A stretch of DNA of 63,098 nt, counting the filler, from Reticulomyxa filosa (Eukaryota > Protista > Foraminifera): NCBI GenBank assembly GCA_000512085.1. It is 15 parts of 15 records of this genome, joined end to end, with 100 filler letters (N's around TTAATTAATTAA, not from the genome) between each part and the next. Parts side by side here need not be neighbours in the genome. Positions count along the whole stretch, not along the records: positions 1 to 9,546 come from ASPP01009922.1; positions 9,647 to 13,853 come from ASPP01011087.1; positions 13,954 to 17,091 come from ASPP01015523.1; 12 more parts are not named here. One strand, written 5' to 3'. Made by a program: the position numbers and the translations under genes. This document shows, piece by piece, positions 1-14,019 of the stretch (position 1 is the first letter of the stretch; every line of letters begins with the position of its first letter). Below the pieces are notes generated by a model, which searched no databases, was not told the DNA's origin, and saw only the letters and a list, made by a program, of their open reading frames with translations.

Positions 1-62
1 AAAAAAAAAAGAGTAATAACCCAAAGTTAAACAAATTGAAATAAAAAATAAACAAAACGAAC

Positions 63-2707
63 CACATGAGAGTATGTATGATCAAGACTTTAATGAAAAG
101 CAGACCCAAAACAACCAATAAGGCAACATAAACAGCAGTCATGGAGAGCTGTAGAGTTCCGACATGTGCCCACAAATTGTGAATGTAAACATAAATGATA
201 AAGATAGCAGGAAAAGCGGTGTTGATGCAACGAGACAACAAATAAATCGGGCCAACCACAAAGCTCATTACAGAGACAAAGCAAAGACGAAAGAGGCTTT
301 CAAGGCGTCGAAAGCCAGATTGAGTACGTATATTATAAAGATCATTGTTTCGCGTTTGGCGCCATGTTTCCAAATAAAATTCAAGTAGCTCTTTTTTTTT
401 TTTTTTGCTGCACGTTGCAACGAAGAACACCCTTGGCATTAACACATCATCACATCAAACAAACAAAAAAAGCAACGTACCCTTTAAAAAACTCGATGAT
501 CCAGTTGCTCGTATTTTCTTTAGTGTGACGCCTTTGTACAACTCTGCTTCCCATTGCTTATTTTGGTTTGCAATGTGTCCCATTTCGGCATTTGCGCATG
601 CCAAACGAGTGCTAAAGTCAAAGCCTCCTTGCAAAAACGACAGTAGTTCCGCTAGACCCTCGCTTTCGCCATTTGTCCCTATTTGCGTTCTCATCGTAGT
701 ATGCCAACAGCAATAATGTATATTACAATAGCACACTCCTTTCCACCTAATTACATCTCCCCCCCCCCTCCTCATACGACCCATTTGAACTTAACGGAAG
801 GCCATTCGTTGTGTCGAGATGACGCCAACAACTAATGCAAGGTAACTGCAATTACCAATTTCGAGCCTTTTTTTTTTTTTAAAAAAAAAAAAAAAAGATG
901 TTTTTTTCATGAAAAAAAAAAAAAAAAAAAAAGACTTTGGAAACACAAATGACAAACATCATGGCCGTGAGCATGGTCCCACCAACGAAACAAATCAAAC
1001 CAAAGATGTTGACGAAAATGAACTTTATAAAGGTGGAACAGTGTCCATATTGCTGGACCAGATATCGATACTCGCTAACAAACAACGATATAAAGGCAAT
1101 GAAGCCATTGACGCTGATCCACAGCGTTATTGGAGCCACTGCGATCAACATTTTGTAATAGAACAATGTGCTCATCAGGCTATACGTTGTATCGCCCACT
1201 TTCGGCGGATGAAACACCAATGACACGCAAAAAAATATTCCGAAAAGTTCTTTTTTTTTTTTTTTTAAATAGTGTGACAAGTTTATAAAGAGGAGGGGGG
1301 GAAGAACATTTTCAATAAAGAAGTGGTACAGTATATACATATACGTATACACAAACCAGTGACAATGCTAAGCCAGGTCCACAGAAATGTGAACTTTTCT
1401 GGTGCCATAGCAAATACCAAAGCCTTGGTGGACACACTGGTCATTGAAATTAATATGGAGACGATGGACATTATATTGGTTTCGTTGTACAACACAATGG
1501 CTGTCATTTGCAGTATTGCTTCAGGAAACGCTGTTTCAAGTGTAACAAGCATTTTCAAACCAAAAAATATCATCCCCGTCCCACACCCAACTTGTTTTGT
1601 GCAGAGTACTCTGTCTAAAGTCTTTCAATGGGTCCAAGGATACTTAATCCATCATCGAAAGCACAACAAACAACAACAAAAGAACACAGTGACACACCTT
1701 CTATCATAGCCTCGAGAATGAAGCCCATCTTTCAATTTTTTCCCAAGCCATTTTATCGACCGTTGGTTATGTTGTTATGTATTTTGTGTTCGTTACAAGT
1801 CCATCAACTCTTTTTACCATTTTCGGAAGAGAGAATTTTTTTTTTTTTTTGTCATTCCCCTTTTTTTTTTTTTTTTCTTAAAAAAAAAAATAATAAGACA
1901 CACTGGGTCAGCTTATAACTAACATGTTGATAAAGTTTAGTCTTGATCCATCTGTATTGTTTGTCATAGATATACAGCATATGCAAATGTACATACTTAC
2001 AAACATTCTCATAGATATATGTATATATGCATATACATATACGTATATATATTTTTTGGTTGTTAAAAACACCAAGAAAAAACAAGAAATGAAAATGTTA
2101 ATACGTATTCGTACGTATACATATGTTTGTATATATTATATATTTGCGTGCCTCTCCTTTCCCCTTCCCTTTCCTTCTCTCTTTTATTATACAAACCTTT
2201 TCAATTTGGATGCCTCTGGATCAATGAAAGGAGTGGAGGAAATTCGAAAGTCAAGTCTTTCCATGAGTTTGCTTAGATAAGAATTGTGATCGCTTGTAAA
2301 ATAAAATAAAAAAGACACTGTCCATGCAAATGGAAGCATCAGAAAAAAATACATTATTTGCTTTGCTCCCGATTTGTGGTCACAAAATTTGATCACAAAT
2401 GCAAAGCAATAGGCCAGCTGGGCTAACACTAATATCACCAAACTCATCCAAAAAAATATGTAGCGACCACGGAGGTAGAACTCTACTAATACATACAAAT
2501 CTGTGAACAAATCTGCCACATTTATTATCGCGTTTGTTGCGTCATACACAAAATTCCCAAATTTTCCACAAAAATCATTTTCCTTTTTGGGCTGCTCGAT
2601 TCGTGCTTTTTGTTTGTTTTTATCATACTGCATTGACAAAAATAAATCAAACAATGTCAATAGAATAAGAAACTCTGAAGTGTGTGGTTATTTCGGGCAA
2701 CCTCCAT
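63..2707 (-). CDS. XK-related (XKR scramblase-like) multi-pass membrane protein, multi-exon, 3' end runs off the window
   Basis: Exons read ADLFTDLYVLVEFY...FWMSLVILVLAQL (first XK helix pair), GFILEAMIE|AFPEAILQMTAIV...SIVSILISMTSV (XK 'E..PQ..LQ'-like motif), then further hydrophobic exons down to ~63. Start codon uncertain (ATG at 2707 assumed). Confidence 0.65.
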
Positions 2708-3570
2708 TTATTCAATTTATGATTCTGAATATGAACCGATTGGCTTTCAAAATCACCCCGTTTGGTTTTTTACTTACGTTTTTTTAACCTACAAAAATTT
2801 TCTTTCAAAATTCAGTACAAATTTGACGAGTCTTTTTGATGAAATTTGGATTTCCACAAGTTGAAATTCTTTTATGGGAGAAACATTACTCAACGTAAAG
2901 AAACGTATTGTTGCTCATTCAGGTAAAATGGTCTAAATAAAAGAACATTAAAACCCTCACTATTGCTTTGCTCTACGCTTTGTATCGACCATTTGAGACT
3001 GAAACGTCTCATACGCAAGAAAAATTTACTTATATTTTTTAAACAATAACAATTTTTAAAAATGATTTGTCATATTGCTAAGCAAAAATTTTGCTTTGCA
3101 AACTAATTCTTTTTGAAATATTTTTAAAAATGTGAAATTTTGTTAATGTTTAAATCAAAAAATGTTATCACTTTTACAAGATTATTTTCTAAATCAGCGT
3201 TTCTTTGTCGACTATGTTTCACTTCAGGACAAATAATATCAATAAACATGAATCACACAAAATAAAAAAACTAATTTTCACTACAAAATGAATATCAATA
3301 TTTCGCAGACTGTTGTCATTTTAAATTAAAAATTCACAAATAGCACACGTCTTCGTGACATACCATAAAAACAGATGTATACAACTTTAGATTATGATGT
3401 ACTATGATTTTATTCAAACTTTACAAAATAAGATGCAAAAAAACAAGTGTATTGCATGATCCTCAAGTGCTATTAGTCCTTTTTTATCAAACAAAGTTGT
3501 TTTTTCTGTGACGTCAACGTAATGGATGGTGCCACTATGAATTTAACCCGTTTCATTTATGGGCACAGAT

Positions 3571-6500
3571 ATGGAAAACATTCTACAGAAGGAATCGCAG
3601 CAAAGTTAGAAAAGACAACAGCAGAAAAAGCTTGGCAGCCGCACGACTTCTCACACACTGAGAGACCAAAATATGAATAAAATCAATGACAACAACCTGA
3701 CAACTGCCAATAGTGATCACACAGTCACAATTTGGCAGCCAAACGGCGTCCAAGATGTTGACAGTATTGGAGGGTTAAAAGCAGAACTATTCCGAAAAGA
3801 AAAATTATTGACACAAATAGAAGAGAAATTAAAATGGCACAAAGATCAAATCAGTGCCACAAAAGATCTAATGATGAGAGAAAGGTCAAATTTGTTAATA
3901 TGATATTGTTTTTAACAAGGAATCAAATGCCTTTTCTTGGTAATGATATTTAAAAAATGTACATCCCTACAGACTTAGAGAACTTGGAAATGCAACCAAT
4001 AATATCATAACACAGCGGTACAAGCTGAACAGCCAAATCAATACCCTGAAACATGTCATCAGTTTAAAGCGAAAAGAAGAACAAAATGTTTTGAAAGAGA
4101 TGTTTGAAATTGAGCTCAAATATAAATCAAACATGTTACGTGTTAGAGAATTAGAGTTGACAAAAGTTCAACGTCAAAAACACGAACTAGAAGATGAAAT
4201 CATGCTGAAAGAATCACAAATGCTTGCGATCAAAGCCGAACAAGAGCGCCGAAAAAAATCTTGTAAGACAGAGAAATACACAAGTACTAATAAAAAAGAA
4301 ACGTTCAAACGACGGGTATGACCCCTTTTTTTTAAGTTTTTCTTACGGTGAGGTCAGTGATAAATAATCTTTTCAGACAGTCCACAACAAAGGGCCAATC
4401 CCAAAGAAAAATCGCAGCTGCTCGTCTTGCAGAAAAGAACAAAGTCGATATTAAGAATCACATTAAAAAATTGCAAGGACAAAAGATACAGCTAACAAAT
4501 GAGATACAAAATATAACAAAAAAAAAAGAGTTGTTTGTAGCTGAAGTTGCACAAGGTCACCTATACTTCCTTGAAAAGGAGTGGAATAATAGTAATAAAA
4601 CCAATGCGTCTGATACAAGTTTTTGGTATTGATCCTAACATATTTTTCAAAGAGCAATTTGAATTTGAAAAGCAGAATAAAAAACGAGCAATTTCAAGTG
4701 AGTGGATGAACTTTACTCAAATATTAGAAGGGAAAAGTTCAGAGGCAGTAGTTCAGTGGGTGCAATGTTCAATTCAAAACATGGAGTCTAAATTACAATG
4801 GGACAAGCAGCAACTCGAGTTATTTTTTTTTATGTTTACGATTCTGCCCTTCCCTCTTTCAGATTTAATCTCACCAGTCATCATTTGACTGTACCATTTA
4901 TTCAAATCTTATTTGTCGATAAGAGATTTCACCACTTCATGAACCCCTGTGTTTCTTGGCATAAACACAAATACAAAGGGTTAAAAAAGCAAACGTTCAC
5001 GAAGTCCCATTGAGTGAATTTGGGAAAAAAATGTATAATAAGATGAAACTTTTTCTGTTAACTACTGTTTCCAACCGTTTTGTAACCGGTATATCGTCAA
5101 CTCATTCAAAACTATGCAAAAAACAGCACACACTATCAATAAAGTGCTAATCATCCAAAAAGACTGGGAAGATACCCAAAAAAAAACTTTTCAATCTGAA
5201 ATTTGTACGTTTAAGATTGAAGTGACGCCCTTTTTTTTTTGCTTTCTTTTTCTCATATTTTCACTTTCCTTGTTTTAATTCATCAATAGATGGTTTCGCT
5301 GGTGATTTGATGCTGGAAATTGTACACGAAACTGTTTATGGCATGCTATGTCATATTTTTCAACAATTGGAAAGTTTGCAAAGCTTCTCAGCGCAATTGT
5401 CTTTGGAATTTATAATTGGATCTCTTGGGATCAATTACTTAGAGCTAAAAGGTATTTCTAATCTGTTTATGACAATCCATGCAATTAAGATCTCTGGAAA
5501 TGCTGTGCTACTTTTTTCAATCTGATCTTTTTTTTTGTTGCAAAAAAACTCAAAGATCAAGCGAACAATATTCTGAGACAATTGATTGTAGAACGAGAAA
5601 ATCCTAAACACTCAAGAGGAAGATTTTCATTGAGATATCCAGTGACAAACGTGCAAAATGCCGAAAGAGAAGGAAATCATTTTTTGGCGTCCACACTAAA
5701 ACTGTTAGATTGGGCAAAAGAAGAAAACGAACGTACAAAAAAAAGGCAAGAGGCAGTACACAAAAAAGTTGCAGCAAAAAACAGTAACCAGCAATTTAAA
5801 GGGCTGAAGCGTATCTTTGGAGGTGACAAGAAAACATCTGCTGATCAAATTGACGATATAATCAGACAATCAGTTTTACTTAACTCCATCTTTTTTTCTT
5901 CACTCCAGTGTTTACAAAATGACATTAAATTTGTTCTTGTTTTCATTGGTGTCAGTCCAGAGTTGAAAAAAGGTGATAAATAACAATGATAACAACAGAT
6001 CTCTTTAGACATAGCAGAGGCAAGAAGAGAGTTGATGGAACAAAAAATCAAATTTTATCAAACGGAAAAAGAGGATGGTGTTACATTTGAGTGGCTTTCC
6101 ACTTTGGTCATATCGTTTCAAAATGAAGAATTTATCCAACGAGAGTTAGATTATTGGCAGAAAATTAATCTTACAAACGATATGGACACTCCAGCTAGCG
6201 AGCACAAATCGAACTCTAAATTTGGAAAAGTAGAGCCAAATGGAAGAGTACTTTTAAAATACAACCATTCAGGAATCAGTCGAGTTGTAGTTACGTCACT
6301 TTCCTTAAACCCTTTAAATCATTTTTTCCCTTTCTTCCCTCTCCCCTCATTTTTCTCTCTCTTCTGCTTTACATTTGGATATGCTGAAATAAGAATAGCT
6401 GTCGCAAGATGGTAAATTTATTGTAGTGGCGACAGTGACAGGAGAGATTGTAATGTGGTACATCCCTTGTCAAAGGTTGCATGCCTACACTCCAAAAAAA

Positions 6501-8623
6501 TTCAAAAGTGACACTTCCGTGACTCAACTGCAAATGGCTCCAAACAACAAGCAAATTTTGACTCTTGACTGCAAATCCATTATTCGTCTGTATATGGTGC
6601 AAAAGATCACTACAAAAATCGGGAAAAAAAATTCTGACGATTTCATTCAAGGAGGGTATTGGCAGTCCACGAACACAATCCCTGTGCAAGATATTGTCCC
6701 CTATTTTCAATTGAGCCCTCCAGATTTAATGCGACCTGCATTACTTCGCACTAAATCAGTACAGCCCACTCAAAAGGAAATAGACAGCTATTTGCCAGTG
6801 GTTGTGGCGTTTCATTCAGTTACAGTCATTACTGGAAGAAGATAAAGAGGAAGGAGAAGAAGGGAAATATATACGTATATTTTTTGGAAAAAATTTATAT
6901 TATACATATATCCAAAAAAACTAGTGCGTGTCCATTAGTGGTATTCGTCCAAGTATTTTGATTGGTTTGAGCGGTGGTATAATTGTGAAATGGAATACAG
7001 ACGACACTATGCCTAACAATAATGAAATACTCTGCGGTCATTGTATGGCGCCAGATGAGCCATATTTTCCAATGTATTCAGTCGAGTCGACTCCAAATGA
7101 AAATCATTTGTATATCACCAGAGAGTATTTTCAAGCACACGCTTCATCAATTGTTCTTGTTTGCAACTATCAAAACTCGTCAAATGTATTGATGAGCATC
7201 GACGAAGAAGGACTTATCGCTATTTGGGAATATCAGTTTGTAGTTTATTTTTACATCTGCTTTCTTAATAGCCCCCATAAAAGACAACTTGTTTGATTTA
7301 CCAAACTTAAACTTGAATTAAGTGACAAGTCTTGGACAGATTATGGATGGTTCCAACCAATGCATCGACTTCGCTTGGATTTGGATGATTTCTTGTATTT
7401 GGAACAAAAAGTTATAACTGCTTTACTTCTGCTTTTTTTGGCACAAGTAAAAAATGAATTTTATCGATGTGATTGAAAATATTAATCAGCAGAAAGTCGA
7501 ATGTGCACAATTTTTACCAAAAAGCGAAGAAGAAAGAGCAAGAGAATATTATGAAAAGCTTGATTTAAGTACGTACAATGAGTTGATTTTTTAAAAATAT
7601 TTGATCTTTTTTGTTTATTGTGAAAAGGTAAGTATCAATTTTGGAAATCTACAAAATTGCCGACCAATAATACAATCGAAAAATTGTATTTGCCAGTGGA
7701 AGAAACAAAATTGGATATTTTAACGGCATCAGAATACGAAGAAGGTATCACCATTCAAGCACTGACTTTTGACTGTAGTAACGGGAGACTTTTACAACAT
7801 TGCACACAGCAGCATGTCCGGATAAAGCATTTCGGACGATTGCATGGTGCAAAAATGTGTTACAATGGTCAAGATATCGTATTAGCGAATATTTTGGAAA
7901 GTGTTTCACAAGACACAATTAATCGAACATTGCAATTTCGACTAATTAGTTCGAGCTATGGCCGCACCCTCAACGTTCCGAAGAAACGACGTTTTCGGTG
8001 ACAGTAAACTCGTTTAATGTTTCAATAAATATATCTTCGAATGACAGTACGCTATCTGAAATACAATTTGAAGTATCACCAGTGTTATATCCTCCAGGGT
8101 CTGATTATTTGTATGTGCTGCAAAAGCAAAAATTGAGCGTGTATTCTTTATTAACTGGCTCTTTACTTACCACTTCTATTATCTGGGAGAGTGTTCCAGA
8201 TGTATCCACATTTGGATTGGATTATTTCCATAAACGATTAGTCGGTGCCTCTTCTCGGGCAAACACACCATTAGAATTAGTGAATATCATGATAACAACT
8301 CAAGACATTACAAATACAAAGTTTGTCTTATATTTAAATAAGCTTGCAAATGTCAACTGTAGTGAACATACACTCTATAGTTTAAAGATGTGCTGGGCAG
8401 TGATATATCGGAACGAGTCAAACGGACTCCATTGCAATATCGAGTCAATGATATTGGAAAGGTTAGGACTTGTTGTTTTTTGACGATATAGCAATCTTTG
8501 CTAAGTTACCCAATCTTGGGGTTTTTATATCCATAGCAATCCAAGAATCAAGATATGAGATCATTCGTAGAAGCCCACATGCGAGCATTGATTTACGAGT
8601 GGACAGAGAAACTTGCTTTATAA
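3571..8623 (+). CDS. Large multi-exon protein: N-terminal coiled coil plus C-terminal WD40/beta-propeller-like region, function unknown
   Basis: Coiled-coil exons at 3673-4560. Propeller-like exons SQDGKFIVVATVTGEIVMW, GLSGGIIVKWN and FQAHASSIVLV...SIDEEGLIAIWEY. Last exon ends ...WTEKLAL-TAA at 8623. Apparent -1 frameshift near 7995. Start uncertain (in-frame TAG near 3607); could be two genes. Confidence 0.5.
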
Positions 8624-8849
8624 CTTTTACAAAAAAATTTTTTTGAATTACTATCTTAATGTCATAAAGTAATCCATTTCGACTCTTTTTTTTTTAACAC
8701 GATTGAGGAGGGAGAGGGTATTTCAAAGAAATAGTTTACCAAAAAAAAAAGTTTTTTTTAATATCAAAGACTTTGCAATTTCAATAAACAATTTTTGTCA
8801 CAACAATGAATATTTAAAAAAAATAATAAATAAATGGCTCCAAATTTGA

Positions 8850-9495
8850 TCAATACCATTTCTGAAACGATGACTGAACAAAATATAAGTCCGTTCCGAA
8901 ATTAGCCAAATACTGATATAACAACTCGTTGCAGTCGGTATAGTAATGTTGCAACATTTGTAGTGTTATGTCAGACATGTCATTCACACTTGCGCTCCCA
9001 CGATGTGGGAGTGACTTTATCTGTGGCTTCCGATTGAACCCTCCAATCCATGAAGTAAGGTTCATCGCGTACTGTTGATAGTTGTCAATGAAATGTTCAA
9101 ACTGCACAATTTTGAAATTGCCCATGGCAATATAACTCTTTTCCAAAAACTTTAAGTACATAAGCAGTTGCGGATAATAGCAGCCGCGAGCAAATTTGAA
9201 AAGTTTGTTCGTGTACATGTACTCAACGTTTTCAAAGATTTCAATCCACAGTCCAATGGATGTATGCTCGAACCAGTTTGTGTACCTCTGGACATCACTC
9301 CATCTCGCTGTGCGATTCACTGCAAATGCACTTCTGAGGTGATCATACAAAGCCCTCATCTTCAACAACGGTCGGGTGTCATTGTGGATCGACTCCTTTT
9401 TCAGCAATTTTATATCTTCCATATGCGCCGCTATGTAAAACTCTAACTCATCTTGCACTTCGGCACTTGTCACTTTCGTAGTCAGTAGAGGCCGG
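8850..9495 (-). CDS. Sulfotransferase family protein, C-terminal part (5' truncated by contig end)
   Basis: RGCYYPQLLMYLKF...FKIVQFEHF...NLTSWIG and LQHYYTDCNELLYQYL match the C-terminal pattern of membrane/heparan-type sulfotransferase domains (G.Y..QL..WL; L..FY...N..L). Confidence 0.65.
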
Positions 9496-9546
9496 ATACG
9501 TATTTGATGTTGATATGTTTAACACACATACGTATACTTATATATA

Positions 9547-9646
9547 NNNNNNNNNNNNNNNNNNNNNNNNNNNNNNNNNNNNNNNNNNNNTTAATTAATT
9601 AANNNNNNNNNNNNNNNNNNNNNNNNNNNNNNNNNNNNNNNNNNNN
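9547..9646. other. Artificial contig linker (44N-TTAATTAATTAA-44N)
   Basis: All-frame stop linker flanked by N runs; identical in 14 places. Confidence 0.99.
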
Positions 9647-10741
9647 AATCAAAATTCAATCATGATTTTTTTATTTATATATACTAGAGATCTTGGGGAA
9701 TACGAATCTGTAATCAGAATTCTTCTATGATGAATACAATTCAATATCAGCTCATTTCAAGATCATTACATGAAACTGGAATTGCTTTGTTATTTAAGTT
9801 TCATATTGTGGTTCAATTGACTCACTTTGTTTCGAATTCCAATGATAATAGACTTTTTTTATTGCTAGTTTGCTCATTGGCATCGAAAATTATAATTTTT
9901 CCTGAGATGTGATTCTCAGTTTCTGTTTCTACTTGTTTTCCCATTTTGCTATTATGGTTATTAATCACTGGTTGCTTGATGGATTTTAACATTTCAGTGA
10001 TTGAGACCTAGATATTTATATCGCACTGAGTTGAAACTGTTTATCTACTGTTCAATTATTTTTTGATAATTAGAAGTTGTATATAATTGTTTTTTGCTTT
10101 AAAGATTTTGTTAAATGTTGCGGCCTATTTTAAATGTAACTCATTGAATTAGGATATTGATTTACTTTTTGAAAACTGTTAAATGCTAAATTTTTTGTTA
10201 TAATATCTTAAATTGAAAAAAACCAAAAAATAAAATATGGTATCGTAGACATTTGGTTCTTTTTTAAAGTTCAAACTAAAAAGTACACGTATAAAGAAAT
10301 CCTTTTCATTTTCTTTACTTTATGTAAAGCTTTAAACTGTTGTTCCTCTAAACAGAAAAGTGAAGAAAGAAGCCGTTGTTAACACAGCTCACGCAAATGG
10401 AAAAAAGGCGTTCGCTTTTCTGATAAAATCTTATTTCCATTCAAAGTCAAAAAGATTGATGTCCGAAGTGATTGAAGTTTTTTATCAATCTGAAAAACTA
10501 TGTTTCAGATGCATCAAAGAAAACGGCTTTGACGATTTACACACGGAGTATGCATGATACAGAAAAAGGCATGGATCAAAGGTTTGAGAAACCAATTACT
10601 TAGAAATAAAATACGAAAGACAGTCGACATTAATTAACGATAAAATTCACAAAATTGCTTATGCACACAAAAAATGGTGTTTTGTTTTCATTTCATCCAC
10701 TTTCTTCAAGGCAGTAAAACTATATATTATTGTTATTATTA

Positions 10742-11179
10742 TTATGTCTTTAAAGCAGACACTTCACACGTACACATGACAAGTATACTTACTTGACATG
10801 CTAAAAAATATCCGTACACGCATCCATCGTACCATCCCGATACTATCTCTTCTTCTTCTTGGCCAGAGGGACAGTCGGTGGTATTGTATACCAACAATGA
10901 AATATTATTTAAGTTACACCCGATTATGTTGAACGAAATGTTACTTGGAGGAGTGCTGTTAAAATACATGTTGTAGCAGCCCATGCTAAAAGTTCCTTCA
11001 AGTGTAAACTGCCACGAAGGATGAGAACAAGAATCAGGGTAATATCCGTGCAGGCTACATTGGCAGGATTCTTCGCTGCTGCTAACAAGCTCTGGTTGGT
11101 TGCTGACGCCACCCAAAATGGCAAGAATGTATAATAATCCTGCCATTATTAACGTACATTTTAGGGAAAAGGGCAACAT
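10742..11179 (-). CDS. Small secreted cysteine-rich protein, unknown family
   Basis: Intronless ORF from MLPFSLK with a hydrophobic signal-like segment (LIMAGLLYILAILGGV), about 9 further Cys and several N-x-S/T sequons. Confidence 0.55.
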   Translation of the reverse strand: MLPFSLKCTLIMAGLLYILAILGGVSNQPELVSSSEESCQCSLHGYYPDSCSHPSWQFTLEGTFSMGCYNMYFNSTPPSNISFNIIGCNLNNISLLVYNTTDCPSGQEEEEIVSGWYDGCVYGYFLACQVSILVMCTCEVSALKT

Positions 11180-11593
11180 TTGGATTTTGTAACGAGATGA
11201 AAAAAACACAAAATTTAAGTTAACCTAGCGTGAAGTTTTTTTGTAAGGGCTACGTGAAGTTCGTAGAACGCACTTTTTTAAACCAAAAATGAGTTGCTCG
11301 TTCATCAAAACAATTTATCAACAATAGAAAACTCATGTTTTCCTTTTTACATTAACATGTATCATCTTGGAAATGGAAAAAAGAAAATATTTGATAAATT
11401 TTTTTGAGCAAGCAAATGCTACTCTTATGAATTTGTCGATATTCTGAAAATGTTTTTTTCGAAAAAACATAAGTTTAATGTTGACGTCATGTTTATTGTT
11501 GAAAGATATGCGAGAGTTAGAGATTTTTTGCAAGAACAAACAACATGATTCTGAACTGAATTCGGTTGTAATTCAAGGAAACATAAAGTTTAA

Positions 11594-13853
11594 ATGTTTG
11601 AAAAACAAGTAAAGAGTGATACGACATCTGCTGGCTCAACTGAGGTATCTTGCCATCTTGCTATGCATGAATTATTCGGGATTAGAGCCCCGCTCAACTC
11701 GAGTTCAAACAGCGAGGACAAAACAAGAGTCCTTACAGAAAAAGAAAGAAGTGCACTAGATCTCAACTTTGTAAATCATATTTTAACAGAAATATGTCTC
11801 ACTTTACTACCATATTAGTTTGCAACACGAGTTTCAGGTTCGAAAACAAACAATATACATCAATAAAAAAAGAACTTGGCTTTCAACGATTCCGTATTAG
11901 TAAAACAGCCGAGTGGATTTTCTCCTCCCGAGTATCATTTGTACACAGAAGAACAAATCCAAGGTATACTACATTGGAAGAAAGGAACCCGCGACCTTGT
12001 TGGTAGTGGTTTGCGAAACTTGGGAAATTCTTGTTTCATGAATGCCACCTTACAATGTTTGGCATACACACCTGCATTACAACAATACATCCTTTCCAAG
12101 GATCATCCTTCAAAATGTAATTTTGTATTATTTTTTTTTTTGACGTCCTTTCCTTCCAAAAAGTTTAAAATGCGCTCTATCTGATCGTTAAAATCAAAGG
12201 TCAGATGTCTGAGTTCTGCGCATTTTGTGCAATTCATAAGTTATTGCCCCAAATGCTGTATTCTACCTTTCCAACCACTCCTGACTTGTTATTTTGTAAT
12301 TTGAGAGGTAGTTAATTCAAAGGATTTTTTTCCTTTCCCTCTACAAGTTTAATATCTTCTAAATCACAAACAATAACTAGCAATATCAAAGCAATTGAGA
12401 CCAGGAAGACAAGAAGATGCACATGAATTTTTGAGATATTTGTTGGACGCGTTTCAAATGTCTGCGTTGAAACACGAAAAAAAGAGTTTATCTATACGTG
12501 CCATCCCCCCTCCCCCCCAGTGTAACTACTATTTATTACAAACACAAAACATTGTTTTTTAAAATGCTAAAGAATAAAAAACGTGAGAACACAAGAAACC
12601 ACCATTGTACATAAAATTTGGGGAGGATATTTACGCAGTCAAGTCAAGTGTTGCGCATGTGGCAAAGAATCAAATACGTATGACTCCATATTAGATCTAT
12701 CTTTAGAAATGAAAGATTGCTCTGTGACAGAAGCATTAAAGCATTTTACAGCTAAAGAATCTCTTGAAGGCAACAACAAATACTTTTGCAAGCAATGCAA
12801 CACACTCCAAAAAGCAATCAAACAATTGACAATATTTGAGCCTCCAAATGTGTTGGTGCTTCATCTCAAAAGATTTCAATACGAGAGCGAGCGTGAATCG
12901 AGCAGACTTCGTGACATCACAAGTACAAAAATTAATCGTTTTGTTTCATTCGACTCTGAATTAGATATCACATCATTATGAGCTATCAAACGAGTCCCAA
13001 AGTCAGTTACACATTGTTTGGAGTGGTGGTTCATTATGGTTATAGTGTGCATTGCGGGCATTATATTGCCTATGTTATGTCATCTGATGAACAATGGCAT
13101 TGTATGGACGACTCGTGCGTTGACGAAGTCCCATTAAGAAGTGTCTTATCCAAAAACGCTTATTTACTTTTTTACGTTCGAAATGAACCTAAAGTTCCTT
13201 ACCGGTCGCCTCCTTCTTCACCCAAGCCTAAAAGCGCTTCACCCTTTGCTTACTCATCAAATTACCTGTCTCGTAGCTCCTCAAAGCTTTTTGACAACAC
13301 ATCACAAACACAACAGCACAATGCATCTGAGTGGATCGGCGGCGAAAGCAATCTCTTCAAATTGAGTAATTTGCTTTTCAAAAACATTAAAAGCAACGAC
13401 AAAGACAACAAAGTTTCAAAAGAGCAGCTGAAAGATATTGTGAGCACAGCCAATAATAACTAGTAAATGAAAATATGCACATATACACATATGTTCTTTT
13501 TTTGTTGTTGTCGTTACTCGTGTGAGTGAGAAAGTTAAAAAATTCCCTTTATTTTGGTTTGTGTATATACCACATGATTAGCTCACCATGTGCGGACTCG
13601 CTATCATCCGGGAAACAAAATACAGCTGATGCAGCTGTACCAACTTGTGGCAATGTTTTGGTGAGTGTGTATTTATCTTTTTGCGAAAAAAAATGTGCGA
13701 GTGCAATGAAAAGCATCTTTCGAATGCTTTGTTATGTGTTGTGGACAAGACAAAGCAAGAAGAAAAAAAACTACGAAATGAACAAAATGAAAGCGAACTT
13801 ATCAACAAAAAAAGGTCTGATTACGTTCAAACAAAACAGCAAACAACTGTACC
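11594..13853 (+). CDS. Ubiquitin-specific protease (peptidase C19), USP36/USP42-like, multi-exon, 3' truncated
   Basis: Cys box GLRNLGNSCFMNATLQCL, GRQEDAHEFLRYLLD, Zn fingers KCCAC and YFCKQC, LVLHLKRF, His box VVVHYGYSVHCGHYIAYV, MDDS and AYLLFY. Apparent 1-nt deletion near 12975 (LDITS-MSY). N-terminal exon join unresolved (TAA 11864-11866 next to an A run). Confidence 0.9.
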
Positions 13854-13953
13854 NNNNNNNNNNNNNNNNNNNNNNNNNNNNNNNNNNNNNNNNNNNNTTA
13901 ATTAATTAANNNNNNNNNNNNNNNNNNNNNNNNNNNNNNNNNNNNNNNNNNNN
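13854..13953. other. Artificial contig linker
   Basis: 44N-TTAATTAATTAA-44N. Confidence 0.99.
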
Positions 13954-13990
<37 letters not shown>

Positions 13991-14019
13991 AAAAAAGAAG
14001 AAAAAAACAGGAGGGCTTG

